Assembly (NCBI GenBank): GCA_002269645.1
Contig: NIVC01000173.1
Coordinates: 62,001-126,000, forward strand
Source of the DNA: Macrostomum lignano
Lineage: Eukaryota
DNA: 64,000 nucleotides
Direction: 5' to 3'
Positions 61,616-64,000 of the stretch are shown piece after piece. Below the pieces are notes generated by a model that saw only the letters and a program-made list of their open reading frames with translations, ran no database searches and was not told the DNA's origin. Position numbers and translations under genes: made by a program. Within the stretch, counting starts at the first letter, position 1; the number at the start of each line of letters is the position of its first letter.

Positions 61616-62344
61616 GATATCGAGCGTCTTTCTCAAACTGAGGGCATAAGAGATTGCTCGAGGTCGTGAGCATCCTTGAGCTTATTATCTAGCTCTAAAT
61701 CCTAATTCTAATATCCTCCTTGACTGCCTACATCTCATTATACAATTACTTCCCTCGAGTGACTCATTCCCGATTCTTAAAAAGTAATCAATAAATCAAA
61801 CGATTTGAAAATACTCACAGAAATTTAATAACACTTCTCAACTTCCAGAACCGTCGAAATGCTGTTTCCGGGTTGCAAATGACGAATTGTGTGCATGTAT
61901 TTACAGACAGAATTGTGAGGCACTTGAAAACCAGAACACGTATTTTGGCCGCATTAAGGCAAGGCTGCTTTCATCTTGCCATTTACGAGTATATGAAAAA
62001 CCAACCGCGCCCATTTTGGACCCCCCTCCCCCCTCGAGCTGACTGGCAGAATCTGCATTATGTAGTCTAGAGACCTACTAGCTATGAACACAATTTTAGA
62101 TCGTAAATATCAAATTGGGGCTTTTGTGCTCGGGTTTGAGCAGTTTAAGACTGCTGGGGGTGTGCGTCTTAGAGTGAGGCTCAGACCATGGCAACAGTTG
62201 TCTCTCTCTCTCCTTCTCTCTTACTTTGGGGTCATCTGCTTTCTTTCTTTCTTTCTTTCTTTCTATTTACTCTCTCGGCCTCTCTCACCCTCATCCTTAC
62301 TCCTCCAACCCTTTCTCACCCTTCTCCCTCACCTTCCTCTCTCA

Positions 62345-63983
62345 CAGTGCTGGGCAAGTTAATCAATTTTTTTAACTCGTTAAAAGTTAAAAAGTTAATT
62401 TAATTGCTCCAAAAAAATTAACTGTAACTAGTTAATTATTTAACTTTTGCCCAAAATTTAACTTCTGAAAAGTTAAAAGTTAAAGTTAATAATTCCCTAA
62501 CGGAAAAAGTGACATTTTCCCGGACATGTGTTCGGCGTGTTTTTTTTAATTTCAGGTCGGCGCGGCGCGGCTGTGGCCAGGTCGCGGCGCCCTGGGGAGC
62601 TTGTCGGGGAATACTCCCCTGGGAATTAGACCGGGGACCCCGGGGAGAAAAAAAGCATTTTTAACTAAATTTTTGCCATTTAAATAAGAAAATTATTCAC
62701 AGAAAGCTGATTGAAACTCTGTCTATGCTTTTTTACCGCAAAACTGCTTATTTCAATGTATTATTTCAAACACAACACACGTTTGAATGGGGGGGGGGTT
62801 CATAAGACCGAAATTCACAACGCCGAAACACCATACTTCACAAGACCGAAACTTCATAAGACCGAAATTTCACATCGTAGAAAACTTTACAATAAGGATT
62901 GTATTGCATGCAGAATTTTTGGCGTTGTGAAATTTCGGTCTTATGAAATTAGCGACCCGTTTGAATGTTTTTTTCACTATGAGTCTTTCAATCAAGCAAA
63001 TTGAACGTACGAGCGTAGAAACCCATCAGGAAAAAGAAGCCTTACTGACTATTGTGTTGGTCTGCGTTGACGGCTTGACACATTTGACGCAGGCACAGCG
63101 CCATATCCTGCGTCAGTCACTGACGCATAGGGGGGTATCATACAATAACAAAATACTCCGTATTAGACAGGACAAAATGGTGATTTATTTGTATCTGCAA
63201 GAAGTTAAAATTTCGATTATAAAAACAGTCTCATTCATTAATTATCCTCCCACGAGTGCAGCTGCTGAGTATGCATTTTCCGCCTCCGGAGTCTGGACCC
63301 TTTCTGATAAAGGTGCGCGCACGATTTGGTGATGCCACGTTGTCAAATACAGTTTTAAACAAACATTGCCTTAAGTTTTTACCCTTGCGCCTTGAACATG
63401 TAGTCCATCCAAAGCTTTAATCAAAGTTTAAAAAATGCCACTTAGTGACTTATAAAGATCTAAGTTATCCGCCGTTTTTTACTTATTTTTTTCCCCGGGG
63501 TCCCCGGGGAATGACAGTAAATTCCCCGGGTCCCCGATAAGAAAATTCCCCGGGGAATCGACATCCCTATGTACAACGATAACTTATAGTAGTGCTTGGG
63601 TAGAATATCAATAGATAATAGTTGAAGATTCCAGAATCTTCCGGAATATTCTATACATTATAACTTGTAACTGAAATATATACATGTAATAGTAGTTTGT
63701 GACGCGTTAAATAATGCTTAGAAAGGCGAAGTTATTTTATGTATGTATTAATTTTACTTTTTAATGGCATACAAGCTGTTGAAACCCGCGGATTTTGAAC
63801 CCGGGGAACTCCATTTCCCGGAATTATTAACTTTTGTCATTTAACTTTAACTTCAGAAAAAAATTAACGATTTTTGTTAACTAGTTAATACATAAAAAAT
63901 TTAACGAAAATTTAACGATTTTTTTAAAAATTTAACTAGTTAATTAACTAGTTAAACAATTAACTAGTTAACGCCCAGCACTG
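62345..63983. mobile_element. Non-autonomous hAT-type transposon, 1639 bp, 11-bp TIR and 8-bp TSD
   Basis: TIR CAGTGCTGGGC (62345) / GCCCAGCACTG (ends 63983). TSD CTCTCTCA at 62337-62344 and 63984-63991. TTAAC-rich subterminal repeats at both ends; no transposase ORF. Confidence 0.9.
62790..62958. mobile_element. Nested ~169-bp MITE (possibly Mutator-like), ~9-bp TSD
   Basis: Inverted arms TTCATAAGACCGAAATTCACAACGCC / GGCGTTGTGAAATTTCGGTCTTATGAA, termini GGG...CCC. Direct repeat GTTTGAATG at 62781-62789 and 62959-62967 (could be read as 8-10 bp). Confidence 0.7.
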
Positions 63984-64000
63984 CTCTCTCACCCTCCCTA

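Overview
Eukaryotic animal genomic DNA, not prokaryotic. GC-rich spliced exons are separated by introns and spacers filled with about 30 different minisatellite and microsatellite arrays. The overall style resembles a repeat-rich free-living flatworm such as Macrostomum, but that is inference and the species is not identified. Six genes of recognisable families were spliced by hand. Five have complete phase-consistent frames: a TGY p38 MAPK (-, 4 exons, 386 aa), a brainiac-like GT31 glycosyltransferase (-, 3 exons, 384 aa), a 3-beta-HSD-family SDR (+, 3 exons, 384 aa), a bifunctional PAPS synthase (+, 5 exons, 623 aa) and a steroid 5-alpha-reductase (-, 5 exons, 254 aa). The sixth, dynein light chain roadblock (+), has no start codon in its main exon. 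There is also a clean 9-exon, 612-aa gene of unknown family that faces DYNLRB head-to-head across a strong RFX X-box, plus several weaker unknown ORFs or exons. Mobile elements comprise two different tRNA-derived SINEs (one inserted into a minisatellite with a TSD), two non-autonomous hAT-type elements with 8-bp TSDs (one with ~290-bp near-perfect TIRs, one carrying a nested MITE) and probable Helentron-like remnants. The long repetitive ORFs in the ORF track are minisatellite artefacts, and there is no CRISPR array. The best leads are a 3-beta-HSD / PAPSS / SRD5A steroid-metabolism neighbourhood within 20 kb, a candidate new RFX-regulated ciliary gene, a DYNLRB start codon that may come from a micro-exon or a spliced leader, and a p38 lacking its acidic docking site.
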